The notes under the pieces are model-generated. The model did not search any database. It was not told where the DNA came from and saw only the letters and a list, made by a program, of their open reading frames with translations. Shown here piece by piece: positions 21,037 through 32,203 of a DNA stretch of 64,000 bases. Positions within the stretch are counted from its first letter, which is position 1; every line of letters begins with the position of its first letter. The position numbers and the translations under genes are program-made. This DNA is from a plasmid, in sequence record NZ_AP023324.1. One strand, given 5' to 3'.

Positions 21037-22510
21037 TTGGCAACGCGAGCGGACTCGCATGGCGATGGGCAGGCAAATCTCCGTTTTCCTTACCTGCGAC
21101 ACGGACCGTCGGCGGTGACGCATCCGGCGCTTGTCCCGCCGCTGGCGATCGAGCGCTACCGCGTCCTTGAACCGCACCTCGCCGATGGCATCCCGCTCGC
21201 GGACCTCGCCCGCACCGGCACGCTGAGCGAGCGGACGTTGCAGCGCTGGCTCGGGCGCTACCGTGCCGAAGGACTTGCCGGTCTCGCGCGTCTGCCGCGC
21301 AACGATCGGGGCAGGCTGCACCTGCCGGAACATCTGGTCGAACTGACCCGCACTCTCGCCACCAAGCGCCCGCGACCCCCGGTCGCCGCCATTCACCGAA
21401 AGGTGCAGGAACTCGCCATCGCGCATGGACACCGAACCCCCAGCTATGCGGCCGTCGCGCGTGTCGTCAGGGCGATACCGGCAAGCCAGATCGCCGCAGC
21501 CTCCGATCCGGCCGTCTACCGCGACCAGCACGAGCTAGTGCATCGGCGCGAAGCCGCGACCTCGAACGAGATGTGGCAGGCCGATCATACCGTTCTCGAC
21601 ATTCTCGTGCTCGATGATGCCGGAACCCCGGTGCGTCCTTGGCTGACCGTCATCGTTGACGATCACAGCCGAGCCATCGCCGGTTACTTCCTCAGCCTCG
21701 ATGCCCCCAGTGCCCTCAACACGGCGCTCGCCTTGCGGCAGGCGATCTGGCGCAAGCCCAATCCCGAATGGATCGTCAGCGGCATTCCCGAACAGCTTTA
21801 CGTCGACAACGGCTCGGATTTCATCTCCGAGCATATCGAGCAGGCGTGCATCGCCCTCAAAATCCGCCTCATCCATTCGCTGCCGGGGCGTCCTCGCGGG
21901 CGCGGCAAGATCGAGCGGCTGTTCCGCACCATCAACGACATGTTCCTGCCCGACCTGCCCGGCCACCTGATCGCGGGCAAGCCGCTGTCGGCGCCAGTGC
22001 TCACGCTCGACGAGCTGCGCGCCCGCTTCGAGGCGTTCGTGTGCGGCGTCTATCATCGTCGCCCGCATGGCAGCACCGGCGAACCGCCGATCACGCGCTG
22101 GCAGAAGGGCGGGTTCCTGCCCGCAATGCCCGACAGCCTTGAACAGCTCGACATGCTGCTCGTGCACGTGCCCAAGCCCCGTAAAGTGCTGCGCGACGGC
22201 ATCCGTCTGATGGGCAGGCGCTATGTCGAACCCACGCTCGCGGCCTTCGTCGGCGAGCAGGTCGAGGCGGTCTATGACCCCGCGACCTGACCGAGATCCA
22301 CGTCTACCACCAGGGGCCGGTTCGTCTGCCGTGCGCTCAGCTCCGAGCACGCTGGGCACCCGTCGTTGCGCGCGATCCAGCGCGCCCGGCGCGGCGCGAA
22401 GGAGCGCGACAAGCAGGTGCCTGCCCCCACGGAGACCTTCGATGGCGACCAAGAGGATACGGCTTCCCGGCCCACCACCTACCGAGGGCTCCGGCTCTAC
22501 GCCGCTGACG
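21037..22510 (+). CDS. tniA: TniA/Tn552-p480-like DDE transposase (Mu-type integrase core), frameshift at ~22290
   Basis: N-terminal HTH domains (GTLSERTLQRWLGRYRAEG). Integrase core (MWQADHTVLDILVLD…VIVDDHSRAIAGYF…YVDNGSDFIS) contains the D,D,E residues. The C-terminal tail continues in another frame (DLTEIHVYHQGRFVCRA…). Confidence 0.7.
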
Positions 22511-23318
22511 ATTGAGTTCCTGGTCGAGCAGCCGTTCACGGCGACCCGCGAACATGCCCGGTTCGTCGAGTTTGCCGAAGCCTGCGCGCACTACCGCTAT
22601 ATCGGCGTGTGTCATGGCCGGCCGGGCGTCGGAAAGACGCGATCGGCGCGCGAGTTTTCCAGCTTCCCCGACCGGGGAATATGCCGCGCTCCGTCCCATT
22701 GCCGCGCTCCTTGGCGAAAAGGTCGCTCGCTGCCGCGCCGTCTTCTACACCGTGTCGGTCAGCAACACGCCCAAGACGATCGACGCGGTGTTGGGCCTCA
22801 ACCTCATTAAGCTGGGCTATGCCCGGCTGACGGTCGCGGGCGGCTCGCAGGACGAAATCACCCATGACGCCGCCCGCATCGCCTGCCCCCTCGTCATCGT
22901 CGACGAGGCCGACCGCCTGACCATAAAGTCGCTCGAACATCTCCGCGACATGGCCGATCGCCACGGCTTCGGGCTGATCCTGATGGGTATGCCGGGCTTG
23001 GAGAAGCGCCTCGCCCGCTATGCCCAGCTCTACTCGCGGATCGGCTTCGTCCACGAGTTCAAACCGCTTACCGAGACCGAAATGCGGCTGCTGCTCGCGA
23101 CCCACGCCGGCGATTTCGGGATCAGCTTCGACCCGGCCCAACTCGACGCGATCGAAGCGCAGGCAGCCGTGATCCGCATCACGCGCGGCAACTTCCGGCT
23201 CATGGAGCGCCTGTTCGCGCAGATGCGGCGGATCATGACCCTCAACCGCGTCGAGGAGGTCACCGCTGACATCGTTCAGGCCGCGCGCGATTGCCTCGTC
23301 ATCGGACCCGGCAACTGA
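22442..23318 (+). CDS. tniB: TniB/Tn552-p271-like AAA+ ATP-binding transposition protein, frameshift near 22670
   Basis: …YIGVCHGRPGVGKTRSAREF (Walker A) …LVIVDEADRLTIKSLEHLRD (Walker B/DEAD-like) …GLILMGMPGLEKRL. About 270 aa. Confidence 0.7.
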
Positions 23319-23370
23319 CAAATAGCGCGATCAGAACGCCGCCATTTAGCGCGAGCGTTTACAACCGGTC
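23317..23370. repeat. right terminal inverted repeat of nested Tn552-like element
   Basis: Reverse complement of 20290-20343 with two mismatches. Confidence 0.8.
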
Positions 23371-23455
23371 AGGGCCGCTGTCACGAAACTTGAGAGTTAC
23401 GCGACACCTCGCACGTGTCGGCCATAAACTATACGCTCCCGGACAGGGGTGATCG

Positions 23456-26414
23456 ATGGCCAGACGCGATCTGTTAACGGGCGACGAACGCCGCGCGTTG
23501 TTCGGCGTGCCCCTCGACCATGCCTCGCTCGCCAAGCATTACACGGTTGCCGATGAGGACCGGCCACTGATCGAAGCGAAGCGCGGCGACGCCAACCGGC
23601 TCGGCTTCGCGCTGCACCTCGCCCTGCTGCGTCATCCCGGCTTCGGCATACGCCACGACGATGTCGTCCCCGATTTTCTGATCCGGCACCCGCGCAACTC
23701 GACATCGCGCCCACAGCGTTCGAGGGCTACGCGCATCGCGCCCAGACCCGGCTCGAACACGCACGGGAGGCGATGGAGCGTTTGCGCCTGCGCGCGTTCG
23801 AGGCGGCCGACGTCCCCGGCGCGCTCGGCGCAGCCACCCGCGCGGCGGAAGCGACCGAACGGGGCAAGCCGATCGCCGCGGCAGTGCTGGGCCATTTGCG
23901 TGCTGCCCGGATCGTTCTGCCCGCGCCCGCCCGTATCGAGCGGATCGGGGTGGCGGGGCGCGCCATGGCGCGCCGCCTCGCGGCCGACACGCTGGTCGAT
24001 GCGCTTGCTCCGGAGCAGGTGACGGGGCTGGATGCGTTGCTGATCGTGGACCAGGATCGCAGCACGACGCCGCTCGCGTGGCTGCGCGACACGTCGGACA
24101 GCCCGACCGCGCGCAATCTCGCCGGCATTCTCGCCCGGCTCGCGCACGTGCGCCGGCTCGGGCTCGACCCGGGCATGGCCGGCCGCATCCACGAGCACCG
24201 CTTCGAGCAGCTCGTGCGCGAAGGCCACGTCGCGCCCGCGTTCCTCCTGTCCGACTACTCGCTCCGCAGAAGGCGCGCGACACTCGCCGCAGCCGTCATC
24301 GACACGGAAGCGCGGCTCGCGGACGCCGCGATCGAGATGTTCGGCAAGCAGACCGGCCTCCTGTTCGCCAGGGCGGGGCCGCGCAGAAGCGCGGCATCGA
24401 GGCGACCACACGCGACGTGAACCGGCTCATGCGGCTGCTGGGCGCCACGGTCGGCGCACTCCGGGTCGCGCGCGAGGACGGGTTGGACGTCTGGGCGGCG
24501 CTCGACGACGGGGTGGGCTGGACGAGGCTTCTGGACGCCGAGAGCGAGGCGACCGCGATCGCCGACCTGACTCGCGACGAGCCGCTGATCCGCGCGGCGG
24601 GGCGCTACATGACGATGCGGCGCTACGCGCCCGCGTTTTTTGACGCGTTCCGGTTCAAGGCGGCAGGCTCGCGCGACGGCGTGCTCGGCGCGATCAAGGT
24701 CGTGCGCGCGCTGAACGCGACCGGGCGGCGAGACGTACCGGCCGATGCGCCCATGCCGTTTTCCAGAAAATGGAAGGCGGCGATCACCGAGGGCGGCGTC
24801 ATCGACCGCCGTCGCTACGAAACCGCCACGGTCGCGACCGTGCGCGAGCGGCTCCAATCGGGCGACCTGTGGGTGGAGGGTACGCGCGAACACCTGCGCT
24901 TCGACAGCTATATGCTCCCGCCCGGCAAAGCGGCCGAGATCGCGCTCACGCTGCCGTTCGACACCGACGTCGGCCGCTACTTGGAGGGGCGCGCCAGGCT
25001 GCTCGACTGGCGGTTGCGCCGGTTCGCAGGCTCGCTGAAGCGCGGCACGCTCGACGGCGTGGAGCTGCGGGGCGGTAACCTCAGGGTCAGCCCGCTCGCG
25101 GCCGTAACGCCCGCTGCGGCCGACAGGCTGGACGCGGCCGTCGACCGGCTCATGCCCCGCGTGCGCATCACCGAGCTGCTCGCCGAGGTGGAAGCCCGCA
25201 CCGGGTTCCTGTGCGCATTTCCGGAACTGCGCTCGGGCCGCGCCCACTCCAACCCGCAGGCCGTGCTCGCCGCGATCGGCAGACGCGACGAACCTCGGCA
25301 TCGAGCGCATGGCCAACGCCAGCCGGGCGTCACCTACGCCCAGCTCGCCTGGACGCATGGCTGGTACGTATCGGAAGAGAATTACGCGGCAGGGCTGCGC
25401 CATCTGGTGGACGCGCAAGCCGCGCTGCCGCTCACGCGCGTGTGGGGCGACGGCACCGCGTCGAGCTCGGACGGGCAGTTCTTCCGCTCGGGCAGGCGGG
25501 GCGCGGCCGGCAGCACCAACGCGCGCTACGACCGGGAGCCGGGGCAGAAGATCTACGCCCATGTCGCCGATACCTACGCGCCCTACCATGTCCGGCTGAT
25601 CTCGGCGACCGCGGCGGAGGCGCCCTATGTGCTGGACGGGCTGGTCGCGCACGGCTGCGGCATCGAACCCGCGACCCACTATGCCGATACGGGCGGCGCG
25701 TCCGACCACGTGTTCGCGCTCGCGCACCTACTCGGCTTCCGGTTCGTGCCCCGCCTGCGCGATCTAGCCGATCGCCGGCTCGGCCTGTTCCCGGGCACGG
25801 CCCGCCCCGAGGCGCTCGCGAAGCTGATCGGGCGCCCGTTCAACATCGCTGCCATCCGCGAAAGCTGGGACGAGATCGTCCGGCTCGCCGCGTCCGTGAA
25901 GGCCGGCGTGGTGCTACCGTCGGTCATGCTGAAGAAGCTGGCCGCGTACCGTCGCCAGAACCGGCTCGACTTCGCGCTCCAGGAGCTGGGCCGGATCGAG
26001 CGCACCCTGTTCACGCTCGACTGGCTAGAATCCAGGGCGCTCCGCCAGCAGTGTCAGGCTGGGCTCAACAAGGGCGAGGCGCGTCACACGCTCGCCCAAG
26101 CCGTGTTCGTCCACAAACAGGGCCGCCTGCGCGATCCGCAGTTCGAGAACCAGGCGCTGAAAGCGTCCGGGCTGACGCTGGTCACCGCCGCGATCGTGTA
26201 CTGGAACACGCTTTACATGGGCCGCGCCGTCGAGCATCTGCGCGCCAGCGGCGAGCCCGCGCCCGACGAGCTGCTCGCCCATGTAGCCCCGCTAGGCTGG
26301 CGACACATCAGCCTGACCGGCGATTACCTCTGGCAAAACGCCGCTGCCGAGCTCGATCAAGACGGCTACCGCGCACTCAACATCGCCGGCGGACCCGGAG
26401 CCAAGGTGGCCTGA
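23456..26414 (+). CDS. tnpA: Tn3-family transposase TnpA (~985 aa; frameshift(s) in first third)
   Basis: N-terminus MARRDLLTGDERRALFGVPLDHASLAKHYTVADEDRPLIEAKRGDANRLGFALHLALLRHPG is the canonical Tn3 TnpA start. The 778-aa ORF 24078..26414 carries the Tn3 DDE region (…YHVRLISATAAEAPYVLDGL…HYADTGGASDHVFALAHLLGFRFVPRLRD…). Confidence 0.85.
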
Positions 26415-26439
26415 GCCGCCCTGTTCGCTACCTGTTCAG

Positions 26440-26477
26440 CTTACCGCTGTCCGTGTCACAAACCTTGAGGTGCTCCC
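26440..26477. repeat. 38-bp Tn3-family terminal inverted repeat (IR-R)
   Basis: Reverse complement is GGGAGCACCTCAAGGTTTGTGACACGGACAGCGGTAAG, with GGG at positions 1-3 and TAAG at 35-38 as in Tn3/Tn21 IRs. Located 26 bp after the tnpA stop. Confidence 0.75.
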
Positions 26478-26699
26478 ATCCTGCCATATGTAGCGGGCCG
26501 ACGATCGGCTGAGTTTGTTGGTTGCTGTTTCGTATACCTGCGGTGAGGTTGTTGGCCACCTCTGCGGCGAGGGGGCTGGTTCGTCAATCATCTAGAAATC
26601 TTTCTGACATTCGCACGATGCTAGCCCGGCTTTGATGCGGGGGATAGACGAAGGCCAGTCTGCCCGCCCATTCCTGATGATAGCGTGTCACCCGCAGGC

Positions 26700-27760
26700 T
26701 TAGCGACGATCCCCGGTATTTTCCAATGGGCTTTGGGGAAGATGGGATGTACTGCAGGCAATAGCCTCAATCGCGTCGGCTAACGTATCAGCCGATGTTA
26801 TCCAACTGAACCGGGTCAGTTGAGCATGTCCCACAGCGATCCGCTGCGCGCGCCATGCCTCGTCCTCCGCCGCACGCTGCATCCATCGTGCCAGCGCTCG
26901 ATCGTCATGCGGATCAAAATATTCGGCTGCATCGCCACAGGTTTCCCTGGACGGCCTGCGCCGTACTAGCCAGTACCGGGCAATCGTTCGCCATTGCCTC
27001 CAAGGGAGGAATACCAAATCCTTCGTACAGGCTAGGAAAGATGAGCGCGCGGGCCGAACGCATCAACCCGGCAACTTCGGCATCGTCCAGTCTGCCCGGC
27101 AGAATGAGTCCTGGCCCCTTGGGTGGAAGATGGCCGTGTCCGAACACCGACCCGTCTAACCGTCCGACCGCGACGAGCCGGATGGGTGAGGGCTGCAACC
27201 GCGCCAGGGCGCGAATGGCGACGGCTAGATTTTTGTTAGGGGCAATATTGCCAAGGATCAGGAAATAGGGGGTGTTTTCCAAATGAAGACGATCGACGAT
27301 CTTCATATCAGGTGTGATGGAAAGGTGTTCCGCGCCGTTCTTGGCAACTATGATCTGTTGACTAGGCACGCGGAGCACTTCGGCCAGCTCGCGCTGTGAA
27401 AATTGCGATACCGTCGCCAAGTGCGCGCGCCGGGCCAGCAGACGATCGATCGTATTATGCACCCAAGCATAGGTCTTTCCGAAATTCTCCGGGTGCCGCT
27501 GTACCGCAGCGTCGTGTATCACCACAAGCTGGCGGCGCAACGTAACCGGCCCGGTCGCACCCAAGCACAAAGCGGCCCCCCTGCGCGCTGCCCAAGCAAA
27601 TTCCAGCTGATCCCAGACATGCCCGCCGCGTCTCCCGACGACCCGTTGTTCGATATGCCGCAATCCGGCATCGCGCGCACCGTGCGGGGTAAGTATGACG
27701 TAAGGGTTGGCCGCCCGGCCTGCGCCTACGCGCTGGTCGAGGCGCGGACGATCTCGTTGG
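26700..27760 (-). CDS. glycosyltransferase family 1, frameshift near 26930-26960
   Basis: …ALIFPSLYEGFGIPPLEAMANDCPVLAS… (GT1 C-domain motif). N-terminal GT-B half in ORF 26914..27663. Confidence 0.6.
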
Positions 27761-27979
27761 CATAGCGTTGCACGCCGCTCAACGTCTGGGTCAGGAAACG
27801 GCCGTTAATATAGATGGTGCGCCCGGTCGTCATCCCGTCCCCTGTGCATTGAAAGCTGGCGATATACCCGTCCGCATACCTTGGCGATGCCGCTCACCGC
27901 CGCATAGTCCGGTGGTGCGGCGGGTCAACCCATCAGGATTCCGTGCGCACCCGTAGCAGGGCCACGCACGCGGACGTAA

Positions 27980-29397
27980 TTATCGCGGTCGTGCCGGCGA
28001 GGGGAGGTTCTGACCGTTAAAGTGAAACTGCCTCCAGGACGTCCGCTTGAGGTCAATGTCGCCGCCCAAGGCCTCTCCCGGCGCGTCCGTCAGTCCCACC
28101 AGATCAATATGCAACCAAGCAAAGTGCCGCGCGCCGTCGCCATGTATATTGTCGGTCAGGCGTGGGCGCGCCATCCGGGTGTCGGTTGCCGTCAGGCGTT
28201 CGTAGCTGTGCGTACCAGTCATGCGTGCTGACAGGATGAAGGGAACGCCGTCGCATTCCTGAATGTCGATGAACCCCGAACAGTCGCGCCCACCCAAAAG
28301 CGTAGCATAGCCAGCGGCATGGGGCCCGCGAATATGATCGAGCTTTAGGGCATAGCGAATGCGGTTGAGCTGCGCGCTGTTGCTGTCGAGTGCGCAAGCC
28401 GCCCGATCACCCATGCCGATCACGTGTCCGGCGATCTCGCCGTCAGAGACATCCTGCACGCTGCTGGAGATTCCCAAGCGGGCGGGGCGGTCACGGCCGC
28501 TCAGCAGGATGATCGGCTGGGCGAAGTCGCGGGCCAACCCAATGCCTGTGACGCATTGCGAAGCAGTAAAATCGCGAATCCACCAGTCGCGCACCCCGAA
28601 CGTATCAAAGGATCCTCGCTGCACACATAGATGGCAGCCGCTGAGGACCGCGAGATACGTGGGCGCAGATGGTGGATGGTTTGGCCGCCTACGATCGACA
28701 GGCCGCGCGCGTGGGCATCAGCGACCACTAGATCTTTGGTCGCGATGTTGCGGCACGTCCGACCGTCGCCAAAATAGCTGACGACCGCGAACCCGTCGTC
28801 ACCCGAGGTGAAGACGCTGCAGTTCGTGAAGGACAGGTCCTCAGACCCGTGGGTGACATGGATACCGTCGGCGCGCGTGTCTTCAACTCGCAGCCCGGCG
28901 ACGCTGCCGTCGTGTGCACCGAAGAACATTGCGCCCGATCCCGCAAACCCCTTGGCAGTCCCATCGGCATCGATGCGTACGTTAGAGATGCTGAAACCCG
29001 ATGCGGTGACGACCAGCCCGCAATGCGTCAATTGAGTGCCACGTTTTGTGCTAGTGCCCGTCAGCCTGACGTTGCGTAGCGCCGTCCCTTTTCCAGATAA
29101 GAACACCGTGCCCTGATCCGGCGAGGTCGCGCGCAGCGTGCACCCGCGCCCGTCGAACGCAATGCCGTCCAGCCGCAACGGACCCGTATGGGCATAGACC
29201 GCCGGGCTTCGCCCAGGATCGTACCGATCCCTTGCGCCTTGGCCTGTTCGACCGCCGCGTTGATCGCGCCGGTCTGGTCGCGAGTGCGATCCGATACGAT
29301 GCCGAAAGAGGCAAGCGTCCGGGTAGCCTGTGGCCGCCCCGGCCTGATCAGTCAGATCGCGGCCCGGGCTGGGATGGCCATCAGAAGGCGTTGTCAT
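27980..29397 (-). CDS. right-handed parallel beta-helix repeat protein (pectate-lyase/GH28-like; candidate polysaccharide depolymerase), at least three frameshifts
   Basis: Repeated beta-helix coils: …NVRLTGTSTKRGTQLTHCGLVVTASGFSISNVRIDADGTAKGFAGSGAMFFGAHDGSVAGLRVEDTRADGIHVTHGSEDLSFTNCSVFTSGDDGFAVVS… An N-terminal piece GIVSDRTRDQTGAINAAVEQAKAQGIGTIL sits in an alternate frame. Confidence 0.5.
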
Positions 29398-29442
29398 GCC
29401 GGATGACGAAGATCGTGCGGAAAATGATCCAGATATCGCGGT

Positions 29443-30770
29443 TCATCGACCAGTTGCGCAAATATTCGGGTCGGATGCTAGACGGTTGGATAGGTCACTG
29501 GCTAAGATCGTCGCCCCGCGAAAGCCACGAATCTGGGCTAGACCCGTCACACCGGGCTTGACCACGTGGCGGTGCCGATAACGATCGTCGATTTCCCAGT
29601 ACAGGCGTTCGGCGGCCTTGGCCGACAGGGCGTGCGGGCGCGGTCCAACGATGCTCATCTCGCCACGCAGCACGTTAAGCAACTGCGGAAGTTCGTCGAT
29701 ACTATTGCGCCGAATGAATTGTCCCACCCGCGTCACTCGGCTGTCATTGCGGGCGGTCAGAACGCTAGCCGACGGGTCGCACTTGTCGGTATGCATGCTG
29801 CGGAACTTGAACATCATGAACAGAACGTTGTCTCGGCCGATGCGCTGTTGCCGGAACATAACCGGGCCGGGCGATTCTAGCTTGATTGCGATGGCCACCG
29901 CCAGCAGCACCGGCCCGAGCAGGGTCAGCGCTAACAGCGAGACCACAATGTCGAACGCGCGCTTAATAATTCGAGCGCGCAGGTGCAGTGGGCCCGTTGA
30001 GACAACCAGCGTACGCAGGCCGCGATGTTCGCTGATCCCCAGAACGCCAATCTGATCCACCTCTGGTGCGATGATCTGCCCGTCGACCGCCATGCATTTC
30101 AAAACATGTGACCATGAGGGTACGCGATCGTCGTTACAGGCCACAAGTACCCGGTCGGCCTTACCGATCAGCTTCGCCAAGCGGTCATATTCCATCGGAT
30201 CGTCAGTGAGAGGGTCGAACCCGATTGAATTCGTATTGATCACCTTATCCTGTGGCGCGGCTTCCGGATATATTGTCGACGAGCACGATCTGGCTGAACA
30301 CCTGATCATTCAACCGGCGCAGGATCATGCGTCCGACGAATAGCCGTTCGACAATTAGTAAGGTTATTGAGCAAAAGGTGCCGCTCAAAAAATCACGCGC
30401 GAGAAATTCTCGCCTACCTTGAAAGAATAGGCAACGATCAGCGTCACCGCAGCTGCGAGACCAGAGCGCGTACGGCCTTGAACGCGCCGACGCGCGGGTC
30501 GCCGAGCGTGGGATTACTATAGGCGCCGTTAATACCAGCAAAGCCAGGAACGTCGGAATGATCACCGACATCATGGTTACGCCATGCGATGCAAGCCAGT
30601 CACCGATATAGAGCTTGTTGACGACGAAGAAGCTAGCCGCGACAGTGCATATATCGACGACGGTCAGCGCAAGGTAATAGCGGATCCTACGATATTCCAT
30701 GTTCTGGATGACGGGCATGTCAAAAATATCCGCGTTGGCCCGATCGTGCGTCCCACTGATGTGCGTGGTC
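29443..30770 (-). CDS. polyprenyl-phosphate hexose-1-phosphate transferase (bacterial sugar transferase, WbaP/ExoY-like initiating enzyme), frameshifted
   Basis: C-domain …VVSLLALTLLGPVLLAVAIAIKLESPGPVMFRQQRIGRDNVLFMMFKFRSM…SIDELPQLLNVLRGEMSIVGPRPH…PGVTGLAQ. N-terminal TM region (YYLALTVVDICTVAASFFVV…) in ORF 30245..31525. Confidence 0.7.
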
Positions 30771-30993
30771 ATTTCATAATCGGCAAGGATGCGCTGGTGT
30801 TGCGGGCGAAAGATGACGTCCGGGCAAGATGAATGTGAAGTTTCACCACATGGTCCGGGAAAGGCAGTGCTGTCTACGCCCCGGATCTCGGTATCTGTCG
30901 CGGCGTATGACAAAACGACAATGCTAATGGCCTGCTGGGCAGAATTTGGCAAGCGATATGCAGACATGAATGGGGCCGGGCCCGTCGATCGTT

Positions 30994-32199
30994 TCAGGTG
31001 GTGGCATGCAGTCGCTGACGGATCATCCGGCGGACTACCAGCGTGATCGTCACACTGAGGGCCGTGTTTTGAAAAAGCACCGCTAGCGCCACCGTTTCCA
31101 TCACCCCTAGCATCTGGGTGAGCGACAACGTTAGGCAGAAGGTCGCGAAACCGATGCCCCCCCCGATCACCCACCAGCGTTCCTGATGTAACGCGGTTAC
31201 AGCCAAACCGAAGGGTGAAGCGGCACAGGTCACCATTGCGCTGAGGAACAGCGGCGTTGCGGGCAACCGGGATCACCAGCGTCTTCCATCCCAGCATCCC
31301 CATCACCACTACCCCGACGATTGCAGAGGGGATGTAGATCAGGGCGAACAGGGCCGACAGGCGGCCGTTCTGGCGGATGATCTTTACTACCATGGGCATG
31401 TCATTGTTTGCTGCGGCAGTGATGATCCGCGGGGAGTAGGCAATCGCCAGCCCGTGCAGGAACACCGAAATCGCCGAGGACAGCTTGCGCACCACCTCGA
31501 ACGTTGCGACGCGCTGCGGCGCCAAGCAAGGTCAGCGCCAGCGTCGGCATATTTTCAGTCGCCGAGCTGATGATGCCGCTAAACAGGAAGGTACGGCTTT
31601 CCAGCCAGAGTAGGCGGATCTGTCGTCGGTCAATGGTCATCGCTCCCGCCGGCGCGACCCGCGCAGCATGAGCGAGAGCAGGGCGGGTGTCATATAAGCG
31701 AGCGCCATAATAATCGCGATCGCCTGCCAGCGCAGCGGCCATCGCATCAGGGCGCTGACGACAAAGCTGGCCGAGGTGATTGAGGGGGGCAGGATGTAGA
31801 ACAGCAGAACCGAGGTCATCTGCCGCTCGTGTGCGATCTGGCGGACCTCCTCCAGCTTGGTAAGCAGGATTGAAAGCACCGCTAGCGCGAAGATGAGCGC
31901 CCCGTTGGCGAGGCGAACCCTGTCCCAGCCAGCCCGGCCATGACCATGCCGACGATCGACATGAAGACCATAACGATATGCGACGCAGGTATCTGCGCAC
32001 GATCGGGAAGCAGCAGTGCACGCATATAGCCTTGGCTGGCATATTGCGCCACGGGCCCGACGATCATCATCGCGAGCGCAAAGGAGGTGGCGCCAAGGCC
32101 ATATTGCCGTGCGTCGAGGAAAATCGCGGCGGTCAGCGACGGGAAGAAGCCGACGCCCCCGGCGATCAGGCGCAGGAACAGCAGGCGGGACACCTTCAT
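30994..32199 (-). CDS. polysaccharide biosynthesis protein / Wzx-type flippase (MOP superfamily), at least three frameshifts
   Basis: Four overlapping ORF fragments (31882..32199, 31637..32212, 31401..32042, 30994..31266 plus the tail of 30245..31525). All are hydrophobic with ~12 TM segments. The N-terminus MKVSRLLFLRLIAGGVGF is typical. Confidence 0.5.
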
Positions 32200-32203
32200 C
32201 GCG

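Larger units (their letters stand above)
20290..23370 (+). mobile_element. Tn552/Tn5053-like compact transposon (~3.1 kb: resolvase, TniA/p480-like DDE transposase, TniB/p271-like ATPase) bounded by ~54-bp terminal inverted repeats
   Basis: IR-L 20290-20343 GACCGGTTGTAAACGCTCGCGCTAAGTGGCGGCATTCTGATCGCGCTATTTGTC. IR-R 23317-23370 is its reverse complement with two mismatches. The element sits between the Tn3-type tnpR and tnpA, i.e. in the res region, the preferred target of res-site-hunter transposons. Confidence 0.65.
16265..26477 (+). mobile_element. Tn3-family transposon (~10.2 kb): candidate IR-L, cargo genes, tnpR, nested Tn552-like element, tnpA, IR-R
   Basis: The right end is a textbook 38-bp Tn3-family IR (26440-26477, reads inward GGGAGCACCTCAAGGTTTGTGACACGGACAGCGGTAAG; GGG…TAAG). 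The tnpA stop lies 26 bp inside it. A degenerate inverted counterpart GGGGAGCACGTCAACCTGCTATGACTACCGCATAAT (~60% identity) lies at 16265-16300, directly abutting the IS630 right end. The left boundary is therefore tentative. Confidence 0.45.

Noticed and set aside
21535-22539. 334-aa minus-strand ORF inside tniA
   Set aside because: Antisense to the clearly homologous DDE transposase gene and low complexity. Rejected as spurious.
24255-25727. 490-aa minus-strand ORF inside tnpA
   Set aside because: Antisense to the Tn3 transposase gene, which has unmistakable homology. Arg-rich nonsense translation.
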